Source: Octopus vulgaris
Lineage: Eukaryota
Reading direction: 5' to 3'
NCBI GenBank assembly: GCA_951406725.2
Contig: OX597815.1
Location: forward strand, 140,120,001 to 140,184,000
Length of the DNA stretch: 64,000 bases
Each line of letters begins with the position of its first letter. The stretch's first letter is position 1. Below are positions 28,925 through 40,136 of this stretch, in pieces. The translations under genes were made by a program, and so were the position numbers. Under the pieces are notes generated by a model. It saw nothing but the letters and a program-made list of their open reading frames with translations. It did not search any database and was not told the DNA's origin.

Positions 28925-29885
28925 TGCTCATGCAGAGAAACATCAAAATGTTCACTGTACGGGTACAAATCTTGTATATAAATGTACCTTGCACACAAGG
29001 GGAGGGCCGTATGTTTACATTGAGCAGACAGCTGAACCATTTAAGAATCGTTATCGTAACCATGTCGCCAGTTTTAAGGTAATCAATAAGTGACATTCAA
29101 CATCTTTGGCCGATTTTGTACGGCGACTGAAGGAGAGTTAAGTGAAGTACAGCATAACTTGGTCCATAGTAAGGCACACAAAACCATACAATATAATTTC
29201 CAGGAGATGCCGTCTCTGCTTCGAGGAATCCCTGTCTATTCTGTGGACTAATGAGAAGATTGTTAATAAAATTTCTGAAAGACTCTCGAGATGCCTATAC
29301 GCATATAAATGTACTATAAATGTACTTTCGCACAATGCAGTGGGAATGAATATTGAGTAACTGTTAACATAATTTACTTTAAGGTATGGATTACTTAAGT
29401 TTACTGTTAACCTCCCATTCTTACAAACACCAAGTGGATAGTTAACTCACTTTGTAATCATGAGCGCACCAAACTTCACGTGTGCGTATGTTCACATTTT
29501 CGCGGATGCTTGTACGAGCGAGTGCACTCGCGTTATGTAACTTACCCGAGGGGTTTATACATCCACTATTTTTAATAATTTTTCTCGCTGTATTGAGTGT
29601 TCGTCTCTCTTTTTCCGATCCGTGATTTTATTTTTGATCTATGTAAATGAAGATATTTCCTACGTCTGACTGCTTTTCTACCTACAAAACGAGGAGTTAC
29701 ATTGCGGAACTGTTATTTTAATGAGTTGTGTCTATTTATCACCCAATGAGATACATCTGCATCACCGGATACTCCTGAACCAGTTGTTGAGTGTCCCACC
29801 CGTGAGGGATCAATGCTAGATGCGACGAAACAATTGTCGTGATTAATAAATTCTCGGATATTCCATCTTCCGTCTTTCATTTGCC
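28925..29885 (+). mobile_element. Penelope-like element 3' remnant: GIY-YIG endonuclease pseudogene plus pLTR with decayed hammerhead
   Basis: 'LVYKCTLH..YVYIEQT..FKNRYRNHVASF..STSLADFV..YSITWSIV..PYN....CRLCFEE..VNKISE..RC'. Decayed HHR ATCAC-CCAATGA...GAAAC-AATT-GTC-GTGAT at 29738-29843, followed by AATAAA. Confidence 0.85.
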
Positions 29886-30080
29886 AAAGAGTGGCAGGTA
29901 ACGCTAAGTAAGTGTTATAGACAGACTGTAGTTAAGCTCTTAGTTCGATGGTAATACGAGTGAGGAGTCTAATGTGGGTCTTGTATTAGCATACACATAT
30001 ATATTAGGCAAAATGAGATTACAGAGCCAAGGCTGTGAGTAGTTTTCAAGACATTTATAAGGAGAAAGATATAGATATAG

Positions 30081-30126
30081 TCTTACAGCTGTTTCTGGGA
30101 TATTATGGATATCCCTCCACCAGAGA
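30081..30126 (-). ncRNA. Decayed type I hammerhead motif
   Basis: Minus strand TCT-CTGGTGG-a-GGGATAT-CCATA-ATATCCC-a-GAAAC-AGCT-GTA-AGA. Two core substitutions, probably inactive. Confidence 0.7.
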
Positions 30127-30728
30127 TGATGTGAGATAGTTAAATAGAGGTAAATATTTGAGTTGGAAATAAGAAATTATTATGGAAAAGGAGGAGATAA
30201 GGAATACAGAGGGAAATAAGAGAATGAAAGTAGAGATAAAATATAAAATATATAAAGATACTGTAGTTGCAGATATTATAGCTGCAGTGTTAGAAACACC
30301 TACATTGCTAGAAATAAGAGCTAAACGCCCTAATACTGCAGTCAAGGCATATAATTATATATTCGAGGAAAGTAGTGTATAGAAGTGGTAAAATAATTTC
30401 CTGTACATGGTATGTAAGTTCCAGTAATAGTTCATATTTAGTCATTTCAAAGTACAAGCCATAAGCTTGCCGAAGCAGGCTCCGTATTTCTGTAGCAGAC
30501 TTCCTAAGTTTATCGCAAAATTAAAGGTTCGCTCTTTGCTCTACCTTCCTGTACATGAACAGGAATGCCAGTGCATTTAAGACTCGTTATCGTAACCATG
30601 TCGCCAGTTTTAAGGTAATCAATAAGTGACATTCAACATCTTGTAACAGGCGACAACAAAACATCCGGACAGTTAGACGATACAAAAAAGACAGGAAAAA
30701 TCAAGGACGGGTCATTTGGAGCTTTCTT

Positions 30729-30795
30729 TCGTCAGTCGAGTTCCAGATCGGCGTTGCAGTTTCGGCCGGTTACACTCAAGACTGCTCCAATCTGG
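30729..30795 (-). ncRNA. Non-circularly permuted hammerhead-like motif with k-turn (left arm)
   Basis: CCAGATTG-GA-GCAGT-C-TTGAGT-gtaaccggcc-GAA-ACTGC-aac-GC-CGATCTGG-a-ACTCGA-CTGACGA. Confidence 0.65.
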
Positions 30796-31094
30796 CTGGC
30801 CCCAAGAAAATCTAAACCACCACCACCAATGGTAAGACAATCCTTCTATCGCTTTATGCAGCTTTATAGATTCTCTGGAAGAAGGCAAATATATACGAAA
30901 GCAAGGACGAAAAAGAAAAACAAAGAATGGTACAATTCGTCCTTAGTCGAAAGACACCTGTTGCTAATGTCCTGTTGTTTGTATTTGTAATTGTGTACCA
31001 TTTCTCCGTTTTTTTACGTCCTTGTGTTCGTATACGTTCGTTTGCTTTCTTCCAAAGAATCTACTGCTCTTAGCTTGTATTTTCTTGGATCCGG

Positions 31095-31161
31095 CCAGAT
31101 TGGAGCAGTCTTGAGTGCAACCGGCCGAAACTTCAACAACAATCTGGAACTCGACTGACGA
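31095..31161 (+). ncRNA. Non-circularly permuted hammerhead-like motif with k-turn (right arm)
   Basis: CCAGATTG-GA-GCAGT-C-TTGAGT-gcaaccggcc-GAA-ACTTC-aac-AA-CAATCTGG-a-ACTCGA-CTGACGA. Confidence 0.65.
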
Positions 31162-32027
31162 AAGAAAGCTCCGAATGACCCGTCCTTTTTTTTCCTGTTC
31201 TTTTTTGTATCGTCTCACTGTCCAGATGTTTTGTTGTTACTCGTTACGTTCTTGTTCCATTTTTTTTCTATATTTCTATATATATATATGTATCTGTGTA
31301 TGTGAGTTTGTTTATTCCTATGTGTGCATATATTTATACATACATATATGCGAATATATAGCTATTCGACGAATTGGGAACGAACTGTACTGGGTGTTTG
31401 AAATGTAAATACTTGGAAAGATGTGATCGACTTTGAAATTGGTGCCCCAGCAGGGCAAGAACTCGGGCAATAACGATGGCTGATGACGGCAAAAGAATGT
31501 ATAGAGCAATTAGAGAAGGATATAATGCATAGTCTTTTAAGCTACCCCACACATACACTACAAACTCTCACTCCAGACACGCACAGACAGACCAACAAAC
31601 ATTCAGACAGACAGACAGATACACACACATATGTATATATTTGTGTGTATGTGTGTGTACGTGCATGCAAGGGATATATGTATGTATACACTCACAGATA
31701 TTAGCTAATATACACTTATAGGTATACGTACCTATTTTCTACTTATCTATATAAGTATGTGTGCGTGCACACACACATATATATATACTTGTGTGTGTGT
31801 TTGTATAAACATTTATAAATGAGTAGAGTGCTTTCATCTTTCTGAAGTATTTAAATAATTTCCATCAATTTAGCATAGTAAATATTTCCATTGATAAGAG
31901 ATGTCAGGAGAAATGGACTCTGGTATTTTTAAACCTATGCGTGCGTGTTTCTATGTGTATTTAGAATTTTATGGTCTTTATGAATCTGTGTGTATATGAG
32001 TGGGTATATTATATTATATTATAATAT

Positions 32028-32088
<61 letters not shown>

Positions 32089-32721
32089 GTATATATATAT
32101 ACAATATGTTATTGTACATAACATGTTAGAAAGAGAAAATGTAATTCACAAGATTTTTATTCATCACTACGATCGTTTCGGTCCATCGTGCATCGCTCCA
32201 TCATGGGTTAGATTCTGTACAACTGCTTGCAGTACATCATTCCGTGCAGATGTGCTTTGATCTCTGTTTCACTTATTTTGATTAGAATACATTTCGTATA
32301 ATATGCCTGTGGCTGGTGTCGTGAGATTCCGAGTTCACTTATTGGTAATAAAGCTACCTACAATTAATGTTACGTAGGTAAGAATAAAAAATAAAGTACT
32401 TTATAATGAGCAGGTTAATCAAGTACTATGCTTGTGCTGATACGAGATACGTTAAGTCAAAGCTATAAAATGATAAGACAGCCATGTATGAGACGAAGCG
32501 ACAAAATTCAAAATCACAATTAGTCATGTAAGTTGACATTTAGTGACTACAGTATTATACATCTTTTATCTTTTATCTTTTACTGGTTTCAGCCCAGGGC
32601 TAAGGTCATGCTGGTGCACCATCTGTAATTACTCAGTGTTGTTTCCGGTACTGTTTTTGGTGAAATAGCGAGTTGGACAGAGCTGCTCTTCGTTGCGTCT
32701 CCTGCCGCGATGTGGGTTCAT

Positions 32722-33010
32722 TGAACACGATCAATGTTTTCCTCGGTGGTGCCAGTTGCAGGACGTCTAGACCTTGGGTCATTTTCAAGACTCTCCGTTC
32801 CCTTCCTAAATTCAGCTCCCCGCTTTTACACTGTTCATACAGCTGGAGAGTCATCTCCAGATGCAGCAATGAATGTTCTTGAGGGCTTAATCCTTTTTCT
32901 GAAGGTACTTGATAACACCATGATGCCAAATTTTGTCCATTTTCAAGAGAAGTGGTAACTAATTCCTTTTGAAGTTTTCTTTGAACAGTCAGATATCGGT
33001 TTACTGGAGG
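32722..33010 (-). mobile_element. Mariner transposase 5' fragment
   Basis: From ATG at 32940: 'MDKIWHHGVIKYLQKK', then after frameshifts 'EFRKGTESLENDPRSRRPATGTTEENIDRV' (mariner HTH and RSGRP linker). Confidence 0.88.
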
Positions 33011-33182
33011 GAAACAATGCACTTATTAATAAGGAGGGGTATGATTAATGCTTGCAAGATTTCAAAGCTCTAGCATCACTCCTTCATAGTTAGACTATGA
33101 ATAATTCATCCGGCCCTTGTAGGTTTAATGTGTGTATGCATAATATATATATGCACATATCTATCAATCTATCTATCTATCA

Positions 33183-33253
<71 letters not shown>

Positions 33254-33266
33254 CATCCATCCATCC

Positions 33267-33346
<80 letters not shown>

Positions 33347-33379
33347 GTCTGTCTGTCTGTCTGCCTGTCTGTCTGTCTA

Positions 33380-33452
<73 letters not shown>

Positions 33453-33779
33453 ACACATGCATACACACATGCACACACACATGCACACACATATGTATGT
33501 ACATATATAAATACACAGATATTTGTGTATGTGTGCGTGTGTGCCTGATCATATGTAATGGATCATACAGAAATTTTACATGAATTACATGAGATATTAT
33601 TCCTATTATGTAATTCCTAACATTGACTCATGTGGCTTCACCGCTGCATTAATTCACTCCACATTCACGTGCATAATCCGTTTGTTCTTGAACTGCGAAA
33701 GTATTAGGAATAATATATATATATATATATATTGCAATATATTAGGAGTGGTTCCTCAGACTTAACATACCTCAGCATA

Positions 33780-34172
33780 TACTCTTTAATTTGTTTTAGT
33801 CATTTGACTGCGGCCATGCTAGAGTACCGCCTTTAGTCGAACAAATTGACCCCAGGACTTGGTATTTATTCTTTCGATCATTTTTGCCGAACCGTTAAGT
33901 TATGGAGACGTAAAAACACCAGCATTGGTTGTCAAGCGATGATGGGGGAAGGCAAACACAGACACACAAACACACACACACACATACACACACATACGCA
34001 CACAGACATACGACGAGCTTCTTTCAGTTTCCGTCTGCCAAATCCACTCACAAGGATTTGGTCGGCCCGAGTCTATAGTAGAAGACACTTACTCAAGGTG
34101 CCACGCAGTGGAACTGAACCTGGAACCATGTGGTTAGTAAGCAAGCTATTTACCACACAGCTACTCCTGCGT
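33780..34172 (-). mobile_element. SINE family 2 copy
   Basis: Homology to family 2. Confidence 0.9.
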
Positions 34173-35935
34173 CTAAGCCATTCCTTCGTTTAAGGCGTTC
34201 CTGTGCCTTTGCTTAGGATTCTTTTTCATTTTATTTGATTGGATCAAAATTTTAATCCTCCAGCGTGGAGCATCCACGTTTATACTCGAGCAAAATCTTG
34301 TATTCCGTGTGTGTGTGTGTGTGTGTGAGTGTGTGTGTACATATACACACATCCACAGAAACTTAAGCATATATATATATATATATATGCTTAAGGAGTA
34401 GCTGTGTGGTAAGTAGCTTGCTTACCAACCACGTATAATGTATATACAAACATATAGATACACATTCACTTATACACATATGCGTATATATGTACAACCA
34501 TTATATAAAAGTAGAGTCCATCAAAAATTGTCAAAATATTGAGGTCCATCACTTGGATCACTAGTATATCATTAAACTGCTTTGTTCATCAAGTCTCTGC
34601 AGCTGAAAACTTCGATATTAATATGTACTACATCGGCATAATAGATAAATCACTTAAGAGTCGATGTTATCCATGCATGAATTCTTTTATCATAGAAATA
34701 TCTCCACATTGCACTTGATACAGATTGAAATTGCAGAAACTCATAAACCAGCTCACACTAATAATGCTTGGACAACGATAATGCCCTTTGGAAACTACTG
34801 CAGCCAAATATCTGACTATCTGCTTGAGACTAGAGTACAAAAATAGCTACACACGATGCACTATAGACTTTCTGAAAGAGCATATTGAATACTTTGTTTT
34901 ATGCTTATACGTACTAACACCAAATATCTTGGCATGTCTTATCACAAATATTTATATATACTTACCTTCATACGTCCATAAATATACACCCCCCACTCGC
35001 ATATACTCACATAATCGCTGGTAGGCATGAATGCATACATGTACGCGTGTATGTATAATAGGTTAATCTGTTATATTGCAATATTGTGATACTGTGCTGC
35101 TATATATTATTTTGTACTAAATTGTACTGTGTTGCGTCGATATTTGCTGATTGTATATATATATATATATGTATTATGTATGTGTGTCCGTATATATATG
35201 TAATACGTGATGCCTACATGTGTGTCTGTGTATTTGTGTATGTGTGTATATGTATGTCATATGTCTACAAGTTTATACGTAAATGTATATACGTGTTTAG
35301 ATGTGCGTGGGTGGTGCGTCTGTGAATGTGTTTTGTGTGCTTTTATGAGTATGTATATATGAGCACGTGTATGGTGTGTGTCTGTACGCTTTTGAATGTA
35401 CGTGTCTGTGCAATTGTGCATGTGGATGAGATAGCTAATACACCTGGGCCTGTAAGTCTATACATACAACTACATAAATACGCACGCAATTACATATATT
35501 TCATACTCAAATACACCTAAACACAACAACAGCAACAACGAAAACACCAACAACACTTACACACTCACAAGCACAGACATTCGACAACGATAACATACTT
35601 GAGATATTCTCGATGTTTCTCATATGAAACTTGCCGACGTTGAATGGAGACAAACAAAAGTGATTTATTCTCATTTCTCTGACAGTTAAACCCGCTGTAA
35701 GATGTTCACATGTATATATATATATATGCATAAACATATATTTATATATATACATAAATATATACATATATATATGTATAAAAATACATATATATTTATG
35801 TATATATATACATAAATATATACATATACATATGTATATACATACATACATATATATATATATACACACACGTAAATATATACATATACATATATATGTA
35901 TATACATATGTACATATATATGCATAAATCTATAC

Positions 35936-35982
<47 letters not shown>

Positions 35983-36039
35983 TAGATATTATACGTACAC
36001 ACACGTCTTCCTTTTCTTTTGAACTTTCCCCTGTCTCCT

Positions 36040-36074
36040 GTTTCTGAGGAAAAGCTTTGCTCGAAACGTAAAAC
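36040..36074 (+). ncRNA. Minimal type I hammerhead lacking loop III (dimer-type)
   Basis: GTTT-CTGAGGA-aa-AGC-TTT-GCT-c-GAAAC-GTA-AAAC. Confidence 0.7.
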
Positions 36075-36180
36075 GACTTTCCTTCCCCAAGCGTCTCATT
36101 AATACTTTGCATGTACAGCTTGTTGCCTTTTTTCTCCGTTTTTTTTATTAACTATATATATACATATATATATATATTTA

Positions 36181-36944
36181 TATCTAATGTAGGATAAAAT
36201 TTTTTCAAAAACATTTTTTATCTATGCCCAGCATATTAAAAAATATTATTTCTTTGCCACATTTATCACTGACAAAGGGAGGGTTCTTATGAACTAACCC
36301 TGAAATCAGTCCGATATGGTAATAATGGAATTTTTTAGAAATTTCTGTCGACCTTTTTCGAGTTGCGTGCGTATTGTGAAAAATTATATGGTTATGGACA
36401 ATATGTCCAATTTCGGCATATTTGGCATTAGATATTTTTTCGTTTGCCCTTATTTATAAGTTGTTTATAAATTTAACCTTTAAAGGTATTTTTTAATATG
36501 CTGGCCATTGATAAAATTTTTTTCGAAAAAATTTTATCCTGCATTAGATATAAATTTAATACTGTTCACTTCCGGACTCTCTCACTCTGTGAGAACCTCA
36601 GTTATAATCGCACGTGTCTCGAATGGGCTGGAGTATTTCTATTTTGGATGTATTTGGGGTACTTAATTGTGCTCATGACTTAGTGTTTGCTTCTTCCATG
36701 GCTATGAGTAAGTATCTCATTTATTTCTTTGCCACATTTATCACTGACGAAGGGAGGGTTCTTATGAACTAACCCTGAAATCGGTCCGGTATGGTAATAA
36801 TGTAATTTTTTAGAAATTTCTGTCTAACTTTTTCGAGCAGCCTGTGTGTTGTGAAAAATTATATGGTTATGGACAATATGTCCAATTTCGGCATATTTGG
36901 CATTAGAAACTTTTTCGTTTGCCCTTATTTATAAGTTGTTTATA
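36181..36944 (+). mobile_element. Non-coding PLE/retrozyme-like unit: ~224-bp direct repeats 475 bp apart plus a 5' inverted segment
   Basis: 36246-36469 matches 36721-36944. 36181-36245 is the reverse complement of ~36488-36552. Each direct repeat starts with a hammerhead. Confidence 0.8.
36738..36797 (+). ncRNA. Type I hammerhead ribozyme, intact core (upstream copy 36263-36322 has G8A)
   Basis: TTATCA-CTGACGA-AGGG..GTTC-TTAT-GAAC..CCCT-GAAA-TCGGTCCG-GTA-TGGTAA. Confidence 0.85.
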
Positions 36945-37131
36945 TATATATATATACACCGAAAAGGTAATTATCTTTCCACGCTTGCTGATATTGTTTT
37001 TGTGTCTCTCTTTTTGTCTCAAAGCCGTAGGGCGCCTGTGTCATCCATGTTTTTAACCGTTACTGTCTCCTAAAAAGATTTTTCGTTTCATGTTCGTCTC
37101 TGTTGCGTTGCATTCTTTCTTTCTGTGGCTG

Positions 37132-37201
37132 GCTGATTCAGAGCGGATCTCAGAATTAAACAGCCGAAATCTGCGATGAGGAATCAGTTTCTGACTGAAG
37201 A
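37132..37201 (+). ncRNA. Non-circularly permuted hammerhead-like motif with canonical k-turn, all helices intact
   Basis: GCTGATTC-a-GA-GCGGAT-C-TCAGAA-ttaaacagcc-GAA-ATCTGC-gat-GA-g-GAATCAGT-TTCTGA-CTGAAGA. Confidence 0.72.
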
Positions 37202-37274
37202 ATGAAGGCTTTGAATGACCCGTTTGTCTTTTTGTTCGTCCCTTCGTGTATTTCACGTTATTTATGTAAAGGTT

Positions 37275-37362
<88 letters not shown>

Positions 37363-37374
37363 CACGGAGTAGTG

Positions 37375-37470
37375 ACAATGAACTTTCTGGTAAAGGGTGT
37401 CACAATTAACGGAGTATATTATGCTTCTCTGCTGCAAAATCAAGTGAGATAGAATCCAGGCAAACAAGTA
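37375..37470 (+). mobile_element. Mariner transposase internal fragment
   Basis: 'MNFLVKGVTINGVYYASLLQ' matches the mariner L.KG.TING.YY..LL motif. Confidence 0.7.
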
Positions 37471-37982
37471 AAGTGCCGGTGAAATTAATGAAAGTGCAAT
37501 AAAAGACGGGCAGGCGATTATTAATGCCATCAAACCATTAATAATAAAGTCATACGGAAGAGAGTATAACGATGATTACGCAGAAAATAGGACTATCAGG
37601 AAAGTGAGAGTTCATAGTAGTGCTCTGTTGATAAAGTAAGTAGGTATCCTGAGGGTTCATATCTGAAACATGTAAATGAAATAGTGTGGAATTTGCGTGC
37701 TCCTTTACAGCTGTGTCAGAGGTTTAGTGCACTCCAGATATCCTACCTAATAATCTATGATAAAATTACTACGAAAGACAACTCGAATCACCCTCTCATT
37801 TTTCGTGATATGAGTCAACTTTTAGTATAACTATCTATCTTTGAAGGGTAACTGTACTGTCTCGCTTTCCTGGTTTTTCTGAGTTTCTGCTTCATTATAT
37901 TTATACTCACTTCTTCATAACTATTTTAAAAACGTTTTGATGATATTAACAACCGCCTGTCCATTTCTATGTACCTACCTAC

Positions 37983-38076
<94 letters not shown>

Positions 38077-38077
38077 G

Positions 38078-38178
<101 letters not shown>

Positions 38179-39262
38179 GGCACCGCGTGTGTCGCGTTGC
38201 TCTCAAGCAACTCTGCCGTCCTGGGTCGACCTTAAGTGACTTCAATACAACCAAAGCATTCTATAGGGGTTTAGTGGAGGGGAGGTACGACGACGAGCTC
38301 GGGGCGAACCTGGACGTCGAAGAGGAGTACCTGACCCGCCTGTTCAGGACGACTTTCGGGCCAGGGCCCATGGACAACTTCCAGAGATCCCTGGCCTGGC
38401 AGTGCTACCGAGAACCACTACCCGTTCGGGATAAGCTCTACAGACACGGCTCGAGAAACACGAGGCCGACCTGCCCGAGATGCGGTCAGAGCGACGAAAC
38501 CGTTCTGCACGCACTCGTTCAGTGTCCAACAATTTCCGACCTGTGGGCTTATGTCGAACAACTGCTGTCACGTGTGGGACGAGTCGGTTTATCAGCTGAG
38601 TCTATCGTCAATATTGTCACGCCTCCTTCCTTCAAACGGGAAGGAAGAGCTATTTTCATCATCCTTGTGGCTATGGCGAAAGAATGTATCTGGTGGACGC
38701 GTCTGAAAGGATTGGAGACAAACACTTTCCTCTCTGGTCAATCTCTCATCAACTTCTTCAAGTACCACTTGAAAAGGAAAGTGAGAGTAGAGAGGCAAGT
38801 TTTGTCTAGCGAATGTTTTAAAAAAAGATGGGTGAATGTAGCAAGAATGGCACGTATGAATGACGAAGCCACCTTGAGCATAGTCCTATGAACCCAGAAA
38901 TCGAAAACAGAGAGTTGCTTATTTGCAAAAAAAAAAAAAAAAGAAATATGAAATGTGACTTCATTGACCGAGGTTACCGTGGTCTTTTCCGTAGGCTTTT
39001 CTTTCCACGGGTAAACCTCACCTGTCCTCCCCTTTACACTTCATATTGACATTTCTGTGATAACGATCCCTATTGATCAACTTTTTTCCTCTCCCCTTTT
39101 TTTTAACCCCCCTTTTTTGTCCTCTTTCTCTCCTTTTACGATCCCTTTTGATCGAAACTCCCCCTTCCTTTTTTTTTTTTTTTTTTTAACCCTTCAAAAG
39201 AAAAGCTCTACCTTGTAATTTGTTCTATCTGTGTGCAGCCCTGTGTGGCTAATAAAGAAACA
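38179..39262 (+). mobile_element. 5'-truncated Tx1/L1-clade LINE: ORF2 C-terminus (zf-RVT) and 3' UTR
   Basis: Open frame to 38891 with 'LAWQCYREPLPVRDKL..TCPRCGQSDETVLHALVQCP'. Pyrimidine-rich UTR and AATAAA at 39251. GC-rich relative to the flanks, and (TATC)n on both sides. Confidence 0.9.
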
Positions 39263-39294
39263 TATCTATCTATCTATCTGTCTCTCTCTCTCTG

Positions 39295-39363
<69 letters not shown>

Positions 39364-39384
39364 ATATATATATATATATATATA

Positions 39385-39523
<139 letters not shown>

Positions 39524-39660
39524 GTCTGTCTGTCTGTCTGTCTACTTATCTATATGTATGCATATGTATACATGTATATGTACACATACATCTTAAATTG
39601 AAACTGAATAATGACACACACATACATATACATACATATACACACACATATATAAACATA

Positions 39661-39831
39661 GGCGTAGGAGTGGCTATGTGGTATGTAGCTTGCTTACAAA
39701 CCACATGGCTCTGGATTTAGTCCCACTGCGTGACACCTTGGGCAAGTGTCTTCTACTATAGCCTCGGGACAACCAAAGCCTTGTGAGTGGATTTGGTAGG
39801 CGGAAACTGAAAGAAAACCGTTGTATATATG

Positions 39832-39899
<68 letters not shown>

Positions 39900-40125
39900 T
39901 GTCTGTCTGTATGTGTGTGTGTATGTTTGTGTGTCTGCGTTTGTCTCCCCAACATCGCTTGACAACCGACGCTGGTGTGTTTATATCCCCGTAACTTAGC
40001 GGTTAGGCAAAATACACCGATAGAATAAGTACTAGACTTACAAAGTCCTGGGATCGATTTGTTCGACTAAAGGCGGTGATCCAGCATGGCTACAGTCAAA
40101 TTACTGAAACAAGTAAAAGAGTAAA
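39661..40125 (+). mobile_element. SINE family 2 full-length copy
   Basis: GGCGTAGGAGTGGCT head through the GTAAAAGAGT tail. Confidence 0.92.
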
Positions 40126-40136
40126 CGATATATATA

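Larger units (their letters stand above)
30643..31247. repeat. Fold-back element (~600 bp) carrying a permuted hammerhead-like motif in each arm
   Basis: 30643-30811 versus 31079-31247, and 30881-30937 versus 30990-31055, are reverse complements. Confidence 0.85.

Noticed and set aside
29091-29093. In-frame TGA in the GIY-YIG remnant, shared with the duplicate at ~30627, considered as selenocysteine because some PLEs encode selenoproteins
   Set aside because: The position does not correspond to a conserved Cys and fits CGA-to-TGA decay. Other stops are present, no SECIS was identified, and sharing is explained by local duplication.
32160-32260. Minus-strand GAAAC-GATC-GTA-GTG half-hammerhead (similar halves near 4970, 15565 and 52664)
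   Set aside because: The matching other half of the core could not be placed, so they are too decayed to report.
32633-33022. 129-aa minus-strand ORF as a host exon
   Set aside because: It is largely an off-frame reading of a frameshifted mariner transposase.
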